Origin: a virus
Lineage: Duplodnaviria > Caudoviricetes
DNA: 64,000 bases
Direction: 5' to 3' (one strand)
Virus record (IMG/VR): IMGVR_UViG_3300042866_001263
Position 1 is the first letter of the stretch, and the number at the start of each line of letters is the position of its first letter. A program made the translations under genes and the position numbers. The notes beneath the pieces are model-generated. The model saw only the letters and a list, made by a program, of their open reading frames with translations, made no database searches and was not told where the DNA came from. This document shows, one piece after another, positions 35,971 through 44,703 of this stretch.

Positions 35971-36090
35971 ATGAAATTTGGATTTACCCCCGAGGCAGAG
36001 ATCCTCAATGCTCGTCTGGCTATGCTTGGTTTTGTAATTGCTGTTGGCACTTACTTCACCACTGGGCAGCTAATCCCTGGAGTGTGGTGA
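35971..36090 (+). CDS. hli: Second high-light inducible protein (39 aa), not in track
   Basis: MKFGFTPEAEILNARLAMLGFVIAVGTYFTTGQLIPGVW; SD AGGAG. Confidence 0.88.
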   Translation: MKFGFTPEAEILNARLAMLGFVIAVGTYFTTGQLIPGVW

Positions 36091-36115
36091 TAAATAAATC
36101 AAATATCGTCGCCGC

Positions 36116-36159
36116 TGGGGCGTCCTCTGCCAACTCACAGAGGATGCCCCATTTTTTTT
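36116..36159 (+). terminator. Strong intrinsic terminator before the psbA promoter
   Basis: TGGGGCGTCCTCTG/CAGAGGATGCCCCA followed by T8. Confidence 0.85.
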
Positions 36160-36184
36160 AGGTAAAAATACCTGACTTTGGGGC

Positions 36185-36235
36185 TTGACAGGTCTGAGGG
36201 GCAGGGGTTATAATAAATAGGTAAACAAATGTTAC
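36185..36235 (+). promoter_or_regulatory. psbA promoter: sigma70 plus overlapping late promoter plus reverse HLR1-like site
   Basis: TTGACA-18-TATAAT, ATAAATA, and minus-strand GTAACATT-TG-TTTACCTA (36218-36235). Confidence 0.65.
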
Positions 36236-36296
36236 GGATCTCTCATAATTCGTTACAAATGTTTTCTTACATGTAAACCTTACTGTCTTACTAACT

Positions 36297-37376
36297 ATGA
36301 CTGCTACTCTCGCTCAACAGCGACAAAGCAATACGTGGGAACAGTTCTGCGAGTGGGTCACCAGTACCGATAACCGCCTTTATGTTGGTTGGTTCGGAAC
36401 CCTGATGATCCCTACTCTTCTCGCTGCTACTATCTGTTTCATCGTTGCGTTTATCGCTGCTCCTCCTGTCGATATCGACGGTATCCGTGAACCTGTTGCT
36501 GGTTCTCTAATGTACGGTAATAACATCATCTCTGGTGCTGTTATTCCTTCCAGCAACGCTATCGGACTTCACTTCTATCCTATCTGGGAAGCTGCCTCTC
36601 TTGATGAGTGGCTATATAATGGCGGACCATTCCAACTGGTGGTCTTCCACTTTCTGATTGGCATTTATGCTTACATGGGTCGTGAATGGGAATTGTCTTA
36701 CCGACTGGGTATGCGTCCTTGGATTTGTGTTGCCTACTCTGCACCCGTTGCTGCTGCTAGCGCAGTGTTTCTGGTCTATCCCTTCGGTCAGGGATCCTTC
36801 TCTGATGCGATGCCTCTGGGGATTTCGGGAACTTTCAACTACATGCTTGTTTTCCAGGCAGAACACAACATTCTTATGCATCCTTTCCACATGCTGGGAG
36901 TTGCTGGTGTCTTCGGTGGTTCTCTTTTCTCTGCTATGCACGGATCTCTGGTCACCTCTAGTCTCGTTCGTGAAACCACAGAAAACGAATCCCAGAACTA
37001 CGGATACAAGTTTGGACAAGAAGAAGAGACCTACAATATCGTAGCTGCTCATGGTTATTTTGGTCGCCTGATCTTCCAATACGCTTCGTTCAATAACTCT
37101 CGTTCACTGCACTTCTTCCTTGCTGCATGGCCTGTAGTTGGCATCTGGTTCACTGCTCTTGGTGTTAGCACCATGGCATTCAACCTCAACGGTTTCAACT
37201 TCAACCAGTCCCTGCTTGATAGTCAGGGTCGTGTGCTCAACACTTGGGCAGATGTTCTGAACCGTGCTGGACTTGGTATGGAAGTGATGCATGAGCGCAA
37301 CGCTCACAACTTTCCTCTCGACCTTGCTGCTGCTGAGAACACGCCTGTTGCTCTCACTGCACCTGCAATCGGTTGA
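36297..37376 (+). CDS. psbA: Photosystem II D1 protein
   Basis: Unmistakable D1 sequence, uninterrupted. Confidence 0.99.
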   Translation: MTATLAQQRQSNTWEQFCEWVTSTDNRLYVGWFGTLMIPTLLAATICFIVAFIAAPPVDIDGIREPVAGSLMYGNNIISGAVIPSSNAIGLHFYPIWEAASLDEWLYNGGPFQLVVFHFLIGIYAYMGREWELSYRLGMRPWICVAYSAPVAAASAVFLVYPFGQGSFSDAMPLGISGTFNYMLVFQAEHNILMHPFHMLGVAGVFGGSLFSAMHGSLVTSSLVRETTENESQNYGYKFGQEEETYNIVAAHGYFGRLIFQYASFNNSRSLHFFLAAWPVVGIWFTALGVSTMAFNLNGFNFNQSLLDSQGRVLNTWADVLNRAGLGMEVMHERNAHNFPLDLAAAENTPVALTAPAIG

Positions 37377-37395
37377 TCTAAAAAAACAAATCATC

Positions 37396-37419
37396 AGGGG
37401 GTCTTCGGACCCCTTTTTT
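37396..37419 (+). terminator. Intrinsic terminator
   Basis: GGGGTC-TTCG-GACCCC followed by T6. Confidence 0.9.
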
Positions 37420-37433
37420 AATCAGGAGGTATA

Positions 37434-38495
37434 ATGGTTTCATCTACGCTTTCACAACCTATTTCGCAGAGAGGATGGTTCGATGTCTTGGATGACTGGC
37501 TTAAACGAGATCGCTTTGTATTTGTGGGCTGGTCTGGACTTCTTCTTTTTCCCACTGCTTATCTGGCCCTTGGTGGCTGGCTTACTGGCACAACGTTTGT
37601 TACCAGTTGGTACACCCACGGGTTGGCGTCTTCTTACCTTGAGGGTGCTAATTTCCTCACGGCAGCTGTGTCTACGCCTGCAGACGCTATGGGTCATTCT
37701 CTTCTTCTACTTTGGGGTCCTGAAGCTCAAGGAGATATTGTCAGGTGGTTCCAACTTGGGGGACTATGGCCTTTCGTGGCACTCCACGGGGCTTTCGCTC
37801 TAATTGGTTTTATGCTTCGTCAGTTTGAGATCGCCCGTCTTGTAGGCATCCGTCCTTATAATGCAATCGCATTCTCTGGTCCTATTGCAGTATTTGTTTC
37901 TGTATTCTTGATGTATCCTCTGGGACAATCCAGTTGGTTCTTCGCTCCTTCCTTTGGAGTGGCAGCGATCTTCAGGTTCCTTCTGTTCCTTCAGGGTTTC
38001 CACAACTGGACCCTTAATCCCTTCCATATGATGGGGGTTGCTGGTATTCTGGGTGGTGCGCTGCTCTGTGCCATTCATGGAGCAACTGTAGAGAATACTT
38101 TATTTGAAGATAGTGAACAAGCAAATACATTCAAAGCATTTGAACCTACACAAGAGGAAGAGACTTACTCGATGGTTACTGCAAACCGCTTCTGGTCACA
38201 GATTTTTGGTATCGCTTTTAGTAATAAGCGTTGGTTGCATTTCTTCATGCTTTTCGTTCCCGTTATGGGTCTTTGGACCTCTTCTATTGGTATTATTGGT
38301 CTGGCTCTCAATCTTCGTGCTTACGATTTCGTAAGTCAAGAGATCCGAGCAGCAGAAGATCCTGAGTTCGAAACCTTCTACACCAAGAACATTCTGTTGA
38401 ATGAAGGTCTCCGTGCTTGGATGGCGCCAGTAGATCAACCACACGAACAGTTTGTATTTCCTGAAGAAGTGTTGCCCCGAGGTAATGCTCTATGA
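37434..38495 (+). CDS. psbD: Photosystem II D2 protein
   Basis: Unmistakable D2 sequence ending [10 protein letters not shown]; SD AGGAGG. Confidence 0.99.
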   Translation: MVSSTLSQPISQRGWFDVLDDWLKRDRFVFVGWSGLLLFPTAYLALGGWLTGTTFVTSWYTHGLASSYLEGANFLTAAVSTPADAMGHSLLLLWGPEAQGDIVRWFQLGGLWPFVALHGAFALIGFMLRQFEIARLVGIRPYNAIAFSGPIAVFVSVFLMYPLGQSSWFFAPSFGVAAIFRFLLFLQGFHNWTLNPFHMMGVAGILGGALLCAIHGATVENTLFEDSEQANTFKAFEPTQEEETYSMVTANRFWSQIFGIAFSNKRWLHFFMLFVPVMGLWTSSIGIIGLALNLRAYDFVSQEIRAAEDPEFETFYTKNILLNEGLRAWMAPVDQPHEQFVFPEEVLPRGNAL

Positions 38496-38501
38496 TATAA
38501 T

Positions 38502-38526
38502 GGGGGTCGAAAGACCCTCTTTTTTT
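38502..38526 (+). terminator. Intrinsic terminator
   Basis: GGGTC-GAAA-GACCC followed by a T-run. Confidence 0.85.
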
Positions 38527-38646
38527 ATGTCTCACAATACTGAATACGAAAAGATGCCCGTGTGGGTAATCTGGGCAGGTGTAGGTATGATGGTATTTAC
38601 AATACTTTGCTTTGTCCTATTAACTGTTGGAATGATCTATGATTGA
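38527..38646 (+). CDS. 39-aa single-TM micro-protein
   Basis: ATG 38527: MSHNTEYEKMPVWVIWAGVGMMVFTILCFVLLTVGMIYD. Confidence 0.55.
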   Translation: MSHNTEYEKMPVWVIWAGVGMMVFTILCFVLLTVGMIYD

Positions 38647-38684
38647 GAGGGTACACAACTTAAAAATTTATTGGAATTGAAAAA

Positions 38685-39728
38685 ATGAGAGTTGGATTGA
38701 TTGGACTAGGACGAATGGGTGAAGGAATGTCTCGTCGTATGATGAAGGCAGGAATTGAAGTCTGGGGTTATCGAAGAAACTATGAAAAAGCACAAGAAGC
38801 ATTTGAAAACGGATATGTTAATGGTATTGCAGATACTATACAAAGCCTTGTTCAAGTAGTAAAACATGTTCAGAGTGGAGTATCTGACAAATATGGTCCA
38901 GGAATTTTTCAAATGGTTGTGCCAGCAGAAAATGTAGAGGAGACGATTAATGAGTTACTACGATATTGTGGTGAAGGAGATATTATTATTGATCATGGCA
39001 ATAGCAATTTTAAGGACAGTCGGAAGAGAGCAGAACGTCTGGCAAAAATGGGTATCCAATATATTGATTGTGGCACTAGCGGCGGTGTTTATGGTCTGGA
39101 TCGTGGATACTGTCTTATGGTTGGAGGTGGAGATACTGCAGTCGCCACTTGTAAAAGCATTTTTAATGCCCTCTCCCCAGGAATTACCGCTGCCCCCAGG
39201 ACTCAATTTGACACACTCGTAACTCCTGCTGAATATGGATGGTTGCATTGTGGTGGTCCAGGCGCAGGACACTTTGTAAAGATGGTGCATAATGGTATTG
39301 AGTATGGTATGATGCAGGCATACGCAGAAGGATTTAACATTATTAATAATGCAAATGCAGGTGCAAAGTATGTCAGCGAAGGAGATGCAGAGGTCGCCCC
39401 TATGGCAGATCCAGAAAGTTACTGCTATGATATTAACGTTGCTGAGGTTGCTGAGCTATGGCGTCGTGGTAGCGTTGTTGGTAGTTGGTTACTTGACCTT
39501 ACCGCTGATGTTCTACGGAATGATGGTCAACTTAAACGCTTCTCTGGTGGGGTATCCGACAGTGGTGAGGGTCGTTGGACTGTTTCTGCCGCTGTGGACC
39601 TTGGTGTACCCGCTCCTGTCATTACTACTGCCCTTTACGAAAGATTTAATAGTCGCAATCTGGGTACTTTCGCAGCCAAAGTTTTAAACGGAATGCGTTA
39701 TATGTTTGGTGGGCATCATGTTAGGTAA
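38685..39728 (+). CDS. gnd: 6-phosphogluconate dehydrogenase (short, decarboxylating type)
   Basis: IGLGRMG, IDHGNS, DCGTSGG, KMVHNGIEYG, VSDSGEGRW. Confidence 0.95.
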   Translation: MRVGLIGLGRMGEGMSRRMMKAGIEVWGYRRNYEKAQEAFENGYVNGIADTIQSLVQVVKHVQSGVSDKYGPGIFQMVVPAENVEETINELLRYCGEGDIIIDHGNSNFKDSRKRAERLAKMGIQYIDCGTSGGVYGLDRGYCLMVGGGDTAVATCKSIFNALSPGITAAPRTQFDTLVTPAEYGWLHCGGPGAGHFVKMVHNGIEYGMMQAYAEGFNIINNANAGAKYVSEGDAEVAPMADPESYCYDINVAEVAELWRRGSVVGSWLLDLTADVLRNDGQLKRFSGGVSDSGEGRWTVSAAVDLGVPAPVITTALYERFNSRNLGTFAAKVLNGMRYMFGGHHVR

Positions 39729-39763
39729 TCTAACTTGACAAGTCAAATTAAACCTGATAAACT

Positions 39764-39787
39764 GGGGGTCAAAAGACCCTCTTTTTT
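39764..39787 (+). terminator. Intrinsic terminator, preceded by TTGACA-17-TAAACT (39735-39763)
   Basis: GGGTC-AAAA-GACCC followed by a T-run. Confidence 0.7.
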
Positions 39788-40039
39788 ATGGAAATTATTG
39801 CTTACACTACACCAGGATGTTTCTACTGTGATCAACTAAAAGAACTTTTTAAGCGAGCAGATGTAGAATATCAGACGGTGGTAATTCAATCGGAACAAGA
39901 ACGAGAACAGTTTAGAAAAGACTTTCCTAGGGCTGGAGGATACCCATATGTCTTAGCTGATGGTAAACATGTTGGAGGTTTAGTTGAAACTGCAAAATTA
40001 TTTTTGGAAAAGGGTTTAGTATCATCAAATAAAAAATGA
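39788..40039 (+). CDS. grx: Glutaredoxin-like protein
   Basis: CFYC, YPYV..HVGG. Confidence 0.8.
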   Translation: MEIIAYTTPGCFYCDQLKELFKRADVEYQTVVIQSEQEREQFRKDFPRAGGYPYVLADGKHVGGLVETAKLFLEKGLVSSNKK

Positions 40040-40203
40040 AAGATTTGAAAATAAATAGAGGTATCGAACTCATGCTTAGGGGGGAGAGACCGAAGGTAAA
40101 AGAAAACCAAGACAAAGGTTTTTCAATCAGTAAATTTTTTTCTCTCCTAAAAAGAAAAGTCTACTTCAACTTGGAACTTAGGTGGAGCAAAGAAGATCAG
40201 TAG
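40036..40203 (+). CDS. 55-aa hypothetical protein, not in track
   Basis: MKDLKINRGIELMLRG..; ATGA coupling to the previous gene. Confidence 0.55.
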   Translation: MKDLKINRGIELMLRGERPKVKENQDKGFSISKFFSLLKRKVYFNLELRWSKEDQ

Positions 40204-40217
40204 TTCGGAGTTGAACA

Positions 40218-40445
40218 ATGGCACAGGCAACAATCGTTTACTTTTCAGCAACAGTTTCATTTATCTTTCTGTGTGTTGGAATTATTGCTGGATGGACGGC
40301 AAACGAGAAGCTACATGAGTTCATGTATCGTGGAGAAGTAGAAGAAAGACTTCATCCAGAAATGTATGATGAAGATGGACAATGGATCAACGAGGAACTA
40401 TTATCAGTTCGTTTCGTAGATGAGGACGAATACGACGACGAATAA
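40218..40445 (+). CDS. Small membrane protein with acidic tail
   Basis: TM then LHPEMYDEDG. Confidence 0.6.
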   Translation: MAQATIVYFSATVSFIFLCVGIIAGWTANEKLHEFMYRGEVEERLHPEMYDEDGQWINEELLSVRFVDEDEYDDE

Positions 40446-40470
40446 ATACACTTACGATATGATTTAAATC

Positions 40471-40902
40471 ATGCAATTATTACTCAATGAAGTGCTACAA
40501 AAAGTAAGCAACGCAAAAACAAAACCCGAAAAAGTTAAACTTCTTCAGGAATATAATACCCCAGCACTCAGACAAATTCTGATTGCTAATTTTGATGAGA
40601 GTATTGTATCCATGCTGCCCGAAGGCGAACCTCCATACACCCCCAACGAGGCGCCAGAGGAGACGGAACACACCCGTCTAGTGCATGAGTACCGTAAACT
40701 CTATCTCTTCTTCAAGGGCGGCGCAAACATCTCACAGAGCCGTCGTGAAACTCTTTTTGTTCAACTGCTTGAGGGTTTACAGAAAGGTGAAGCTGAAGTT
40801 CTATGTCTCATGAAAGACAAGAAGATTGGTAAGCGTTGGAAGATCACCAAGCAGTGTGTAGAAGAAGCTTTCCCACAAATTCAGTGGGGGAATAGAAGTT
40901 GA
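40471..40902 (+). CDS. Conserved T4-like protein (DUF6433-like)
   Basis: LPEGEPPY..RKLYLFFKGG..FVQLLEGL..EAFPQI. Confidence 0.65.
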   Translation: MQLLLNEVLQKVSNAKTKPEKVKLLQEYNTPALRQILIANFDESIVSMLPEGEPPYTPNEAPEETEHTRLVHEYRKLYLFFKGGANISQSRRETLFVQLLEGLQKGEAEVLCLMKDKKIGKRWKITKQCVEEAFPQIQWGNRS

Positions 40903-41150
40903 ATATTAAAATCATTCATCAAAATTGTGATCCAACTTTGGCAGAGGATGTAACTTTGCCATACACTGCATACATTGTAAAATATTATGTTGATGAACAA
41001 TATAATTACGATATCGTAATCTGTAATAAGAAAATAGATATCTTTGATTATTATTGGGATAAGTATAGAGAAGGACTTATTGAATTTAAACAAACACAAG
41101 GAAGAGTAAATCCTAAATTGTGGTCTCCAAGTAACAACAAGAAAAAATGA
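40899..41150 (+). CDS. Conserved hypothetical protein
   Basis: Coupled ORF, GRVNPKLW. Confidence 0.6.
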   Translation: MNIKIIHQNCDPTLAEDVTLPYTAYIVKYYVDEQYNYDIVICNKKIDIFDYYWDKYREGLIEFKQTQGRVNPKLWSPSNNKKK

Positions 41151-41413
41151 ACTCAGATCCACACGGCAATTGGTGCGTTTACTATTGTAAAAAAACTGAC
41201 ACTACTGCATGGAGCGTAATGAAATTACGACGTAGTGATGGTGTCATCGTATCAGCAAAAACTTATAATGATGCTTTTAAATTTGTCAAATATCAAGATG
41301 CATTTGATTTTGTTAGACAACTAATTACAGAAGAACCAGAACCAAAATATGATGCAACTGTAAAGAGAATTTGTCTTGCCAGAGAAGATGCTTTTTATCT
41401 TTCAGAAAATTAA
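41147..41413 (+). CDS. Hypothetical protein
   Basis: Coupled ORF. Confidence 0.55.
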   Translation: MNSDPHGNWCVYYCKKTDTTAWSVMKLRRSDGVIVSAKTYNDAFKFVKYQDAFDFVRQLITEEPEPKYDATVKRICLAREDAFYLSEN

Positions 41414-41415
41414 AC

Positions 41416-41447
41416 TGTATTCAAATTTACAAAGTTTGTATTATAAT
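41416..41447 (+). promoter_or_regulatory. NtcA consensus site over the -35 region of a TATAAT promoter
   Basis: TGTA-TTCAAATT-TACA (41416-41431); -10 TATAAT at 41442-41447. Confidence 0.6.
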
Positions 41448-41455
41448 TAGATATA

Positions 41456-41506
41456 CGTTCATTCGCTATTTCCAAATAGCGAACGGAAGTAAGACAACTC
41501 GGAACG
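41456..41506 (+). ncRNA. Glutamine riboswitch aptamer 1 (glnA-type)
   Basis: P1 CGTTC/GAACG, P2 TTCGCTATT/AATAGCGAA, conserved GGAAGTAAG. Confidence 0.85.
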
Positions 41507-41509
41507 GGT

Positions 41510-41678
41510 CGTTCATCTATGGAGACACTCATTCTCACATGCTTACAAGCACACTTGATTGCTGGGAGAGTTAATAAACAAGACATTCCCAGGCAAGCAA
41601 AGAATGATTTGATATGGGAGATCAAACAGATATCTCCAAAGGAGTGTAAGATAGACGCAAAGGTTGACTGAAGGAACG
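41510..41678 (+). ncRNA. Glutamine riboswitch aptamer 2 with a 130-nt P2 loop
   Basis: CGTTCA-TCTAT..ATAGA-CGCAAAGGTTGACTGAAG-GAACG. Confidence 0.7.
41519..41671 (+). CDS. 50-aa ORF nested inside aptamer 2, not in track
   Basis: METLILTCLQAHLIAGRVNKQDIPRQAKNDLIWEIKQISPKECKIDAKVD*. Confidence 0.6.
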   Translation: METLILTCLQAHLIAGRVNKQDIPRQAKNDLIWEIKQISPKECKIDAKVD

Positions 41679-41711
41679 CTCTTTAACCTAAACAACTAAG
41701 GAGAACCTCCC

Positions 41712-41861
41712 ATGTCACAAGCAACATATCGTGGTGTTCAATATGACACCGAAACAAAAAGAGAACAACTAGCAGCAAACTGGCTTCCAGTTATCCAAAA
41801 ACAAATTGAAAAACAGAATAAATTAAAAGAGGCACAACTTGCCATGGCGATGAAAATGTGA
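41712..41861 (+). CDS. DUF4278-like small protein downstream of the riboswitch, not in track
   Basis: MSQATYRGVQYDT.. (YRGVxY motif); SD AGGAG at 41699-41703. Confidence 0.75.
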   Translation: MSQATYRGVQYDTETKREQLAANWLPVIQKQIEKQNKLKEAQLAMAMKM

Positions 41862-41891
41862 TATAATATATTTCCGTGTGAAGGAAGTGAT

Positions 41892-41915
41892 GGGGAGGCG
41901 AAAGTCTCCCCTTTT
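41892..41915 (+). terminator. Intrinsic terminator
   Basis: GGGGAGGC-GAAA-GTCTCCCC followed by T4. Confidence 0.8.
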
Positions 41916-41928
41916 ATTTTGATAAAAA

Positions 41929-42474
41929 ATGAATTTTATACATCATCTAAAAGAAGCCTATCCAAAATCATCTTGCGAAAAGATGATAGAAATATTTGAC
42001 CAGAACAGTCCTTTCGCTGTAAGAGGAACTGCTGGAAAAGAATACCTTGATGACTTAGAATTAACTTTAGAAATTACAGATGCAGATTGCTATTCTGGAC
42101 TGGGAACAGCAGTTTATAAAGCAGTTGATGAATATAAAATTGTGTATCCATTAATCAATACTCACATCTCAAACTGGAAAGTAAATCCATATTGTCAGCT
42201 GATGAGATATGAACCTAACAATTATTATAGTAGGATACATTGTGAGAATGATGGAACCCCAGAATTCTCGACAAGAGTTTTTGCTTGGATGATCTATTTG
42301 AATGACATCCGAGAGGGAGGAGGAACACATTTCGTTTATCAAAATTTTACAGCACAACCAGTAGCAGGAGATCTTTATATTTGGCCTGCTCACTGGACGC
42401 ACTTTCATCATGGAGTTAATGCTCCATATGAAAAAAAGTATATTATAACTGGTTGGGTTGATTATGTGTTATAA
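41929..42474 (+). CDS. 2OG-Fe(II) oxygenase
   Basis: IHCEND, WMIYLND..GGT, WPAHWTHFHHG, KYIITGW. Confidence 0.85.
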   Translation: MNFIHHLKEAYPKSSCEKMIEIFDQNSPFAVRGTAGKEYLDDLELTLEITDADCYSGLGTAVYKAVDEYKIVYPLINTHISNWKVNPYCQLMRYEPNNYYSRIHCENDGTPEFSTRVFAWMIYLNDIREGGGTHFVYQNFTAQPVAGDLYIWPAHWTHFHHGVNAPYEKKYIITGWVDYVL

Positions 42475-42497
42475 TTAGTAGTGTATGTCATGCTACC

Positions 42498-42659
42498 ATG
42501 GACAAGGAAAGATTAAAACTTATAGTTAGAAACTTGAAACTCCTGGTGGAATCGTTAGAATCAGAGATACATTCTGATGTGGATGCTTACAAAGCAGGTC
42601 CTAGGTCAGACAAAATCTATTCTCACGAGGACAACGACGATGATGGTTACCCCGATTAA
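42498..42659 (+). CDS. 53-aa conserved cyanophage protein, not in track
   Basis: MDKERLKLIVRNLKLLVESLESEIHSDVDAY.. Confidence 0.6.
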   Translation: MDKERLKLIVRNLKLLVESLESEIHSDVDAYKAGPRSDKIYSHEDNDDDGYPD

Positions 42660-42870
42660 TTCTGATTGGAGATACAAGGATGATAACTTCCAGAAAAGAA
42701 GTTTTGTTTTGAGTGGATTTGTCAGAATGAAAATATCTTTGACTAAAGATGTATATGAATTTTGTGACTATATTATCAGTCAAGGATACCAATTTGATCT
42801 GGGTTCCTTGAACGTGGTAGATCAACAAATTAGAGAAGAGTTTAAAAAGTATATGGAGGCTTTTAAATGA
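42640..42870 (+). CDS. Hypothetical protein
   Basis: ATG 42640 preferred over the tracked start. Confidence 0.5.
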   Translation: MMVTPINSDWRYKDDNFQKRSFVLSGFVRMKISLTKDVYEFCDYIISQGYQFDLGSLNVVDQQIREEFKKYMEAFK

Positions 42871-43142
42871 GACTGAAGGACACCATTAAGGCAGCAAAGA
42901 AAGCAATAAAGCTTGCGGAAAATAACCCGATGCTGTATACTGATGAGGAGATCGTTTATATGAAGAGAGCACTTCGTCAGGCAAGAATGGATCTCCAACG
43001 CAAACGTGAAAGACTAGGTAAGGGATTTAAGAATGAATCAACAACATGGACAAGTCAAGTTAGTGTCAGTAACGCCACAGGCGGAACAGACGATGGGGTA
43101 CGTGGCGAGGGTGAGCAATCCCCAGAACCAGGAGAACCCTAA
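42867..43142 (+). CDS. Basic hypothetical protein; 3' part overlaps thyX
   Basis: ORF track, coupled start. Confidence 0.45.
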   Translation: MRLKDTIKAAKKAIKLAENNPMLYTDEEIVYMKRALRQARMDLQRKRERLGKGFKNESTTWTSQVSVSNATGGTDDGVRGEGEQSPEPGEP

Positions 43143-43683
43143 CGTCGCTGGTCTGCTCAAGTACTGTATCAAACATAATCATTGGTCGGTATTTGAGCAG
43201 GCACATATGTCGCTTGAGGTTGAAACTAACCGTGGTATCGCAGCTCAGATCCTGCGTCACCGTTCATTTACATTTCAGGAATTTTCGCAGCGATATGCTG
43301 ATACGAACCTGATTACAGAGAACATCCCTCTGCCAGAACTTCGCCGCCAGGATACCAAGAACCGTCAGAATTCTACTGATGATCTTGGTGACTATGTGAA
43401 ACTCAAGTTTCAGGCAGAGATCGCTGAACTCTTTACTCATTCCAACAATCTCTACAAGCGAATGCTTGAAGCAGGTGTGGCAAAGGAATGTGCAAGGTTT
43501 GTGCTTCCTCTGGCAACTCCAACTCGCATTTATATGACAGGATCTGTTCGTTCTTGGATCCACTACATAGATCTTAGGAGTGCTCATGGCACCCAGAAAG
43601 AACATATGGATATTGCTAACGCTTGTAAGCAAGTCTTTATTGAACAATTCCCTATTTGTGCTGAAGCTTTGGAGTGGATTTGA
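43033..43683 (+). CDS. thyX: Flavin-dependent thymidylate synthase
   Basis: HWSVFE, QILRHRSFTFQEFSQRY, ECARFVLP. Confidence 0.96.
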   Translation: MNQQHGQVKLVSVTPQAEQTMGYVARVSNPQNQENPNVAGLLKYCIKHNHWSVFEQAHMSLEVETNRGIAAQILRHRSFTFQEFSQRYADTNLITENIPLPELRRQDTKNRQNSTDDLGDYVKLKFQAEIAELFTHSNNLYKRMLEAGVAKECARFVLPLATPTRIYMTGSVRSWIHYIDLRSAHGTQKEHMDIANACKQVFIEQFPICAEALEWI

Positions 43684-43946
43684 TGGCTACGTATCCTGTA
43701 GTAAATAAACAAACTGGTGAACAGAAAGAAGTTGTCCTCAGTATTCATGACTGGGACCAGTGGAAGAAAGATAATCCCGATTGGGAGAGAGATTGGAGTG
43801 ATCCATCTACTCTTCCTGGATCTGGAGAGGTTGGTGATTGGCGAGACAAGATGAGAAAATCTCATCCTGGTTTCCATGATATCATCAAGAATAAAATTGG
43901 GGCACACGATCCTCGCAACCGAACCATTCACGACAAATATAACTGA
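43683..43946 (+). CDS. Conserved T4-like small protein (FmdB-like)
   Basis: MATYPVVNKQTGE..NPDWER. Confidence 0.6.
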   Translation: MATYPVVNKQTGEQKEVVLSIHDWDQWKKDNPDWERDWSDPSTLPGSGEVGDWRDKMRKSHPGFHDIIKNKIGAHDPRNRTIHDKYN

Positions 43947-43947
43947 T

Positions 43948-44703
43948 ATGCCAGTACGTAAGAAGACAGCTCACAAAGCACCTGGACAAGGTATGAGCTC
44001 AAAGCAAAAGAAACGTCGTAAACCAATTGATGAAGCATACATGCTTCCAGTTGAAGCACTTACTCACAATCAACAACTCTTTTTTGATGAGTGGGATAAG
44101 GGACAGATGCTCTATGCCTATGGTGTGGCAGGTACAGGTAAAACTTTCATTGCTCTGTACAAAGCACTCAAAGATGTGCTGAATGAGTACACACCATATG
44201 AAAAGATTTATATTGTTCGTTCTCTTGTAGCCACACGAGAGATTGGTTTTCTTCCTGGAGACCATGAAGATAAATCTTCTCTCTATCAGATCCCATACAA
44301 GAACATGGTTCAGTCTATGTTCGAGATGCCTGATGACAATTCATACGATATGTTGTATGACAATCTGAAACAACAGGAAACTATCTCGTTCTGGAGTACA
44401 AGTTTCATTCGTGGCACCACCCTTGATAATTCGATTGTAATTATTGATGAGTGCCAGAACTTGAATTTTCACGAACTTGATAGTATAATTACTCGTGTAG
44501 GACAGGATACAAAAATCGTTTTCTGTGGCGATGCTTCACAAACCGATCTTGTAAAGGTTAACGAACGTTCTGGTATTCTAGATTTCCAACGCATTCTTCA
44601 AAGGATGCCTGAGTTTTCACTTATTGAATTTGGTATTGAAGATATCGTCCGTTCTGGTCTAGTCAAGTCTTATATTATTAACAAAATCAATCTTGGTCTA
44701 TGA
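43948..44703 (+). CDS. phoH: PhoH-family ATPase
   Basis: GVAGTGKT, IGFLPG, FIRGTT, IDECQN, GDASQTD, DIVRSGLV. Confidence 0.95.
   Translation: MPVRKKTAHKAPGQGMSSKQKKRRKPIDEAYMLPVEALTHNQQLFFDEWDKGQMLYAYGVAGTGKTFIALYKALKDVLNEYTPYEKIYIVRSLVATREIGFLPGDHEDKSSLYQIPYKNMVQSMFEMPDDNSYDMLYDNLKQQETISFWSTSFIRGTTLDNSIVIIDECQNLNFHELDSIITRVGQDTKIVFCGDASQTDLVKVNERSGILDFQRILQRMPEFSLIEFGIEDIVRSGLVKSYIINKINLGL

Noticed and set aside
36221-36235. NtcA-like GTA..TAC at the psbA promoter
   Set aside because: The spacing is N9, not N8; it fits a reverse HLR1 repeat better.
36297-38495. Possible group I intron or homing endonuclease in or between psbA and psbD
   Set aside because: Both frames are continuous, and the 57-nt gap holds only a terminator and an SD.
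36612-38535. Antisense and alternate-frame ORFs over psbA and psbD
   Set aside because: Shadows of highly conserved genes with no independent support. Antisense transcription cannot be judged from sequence.
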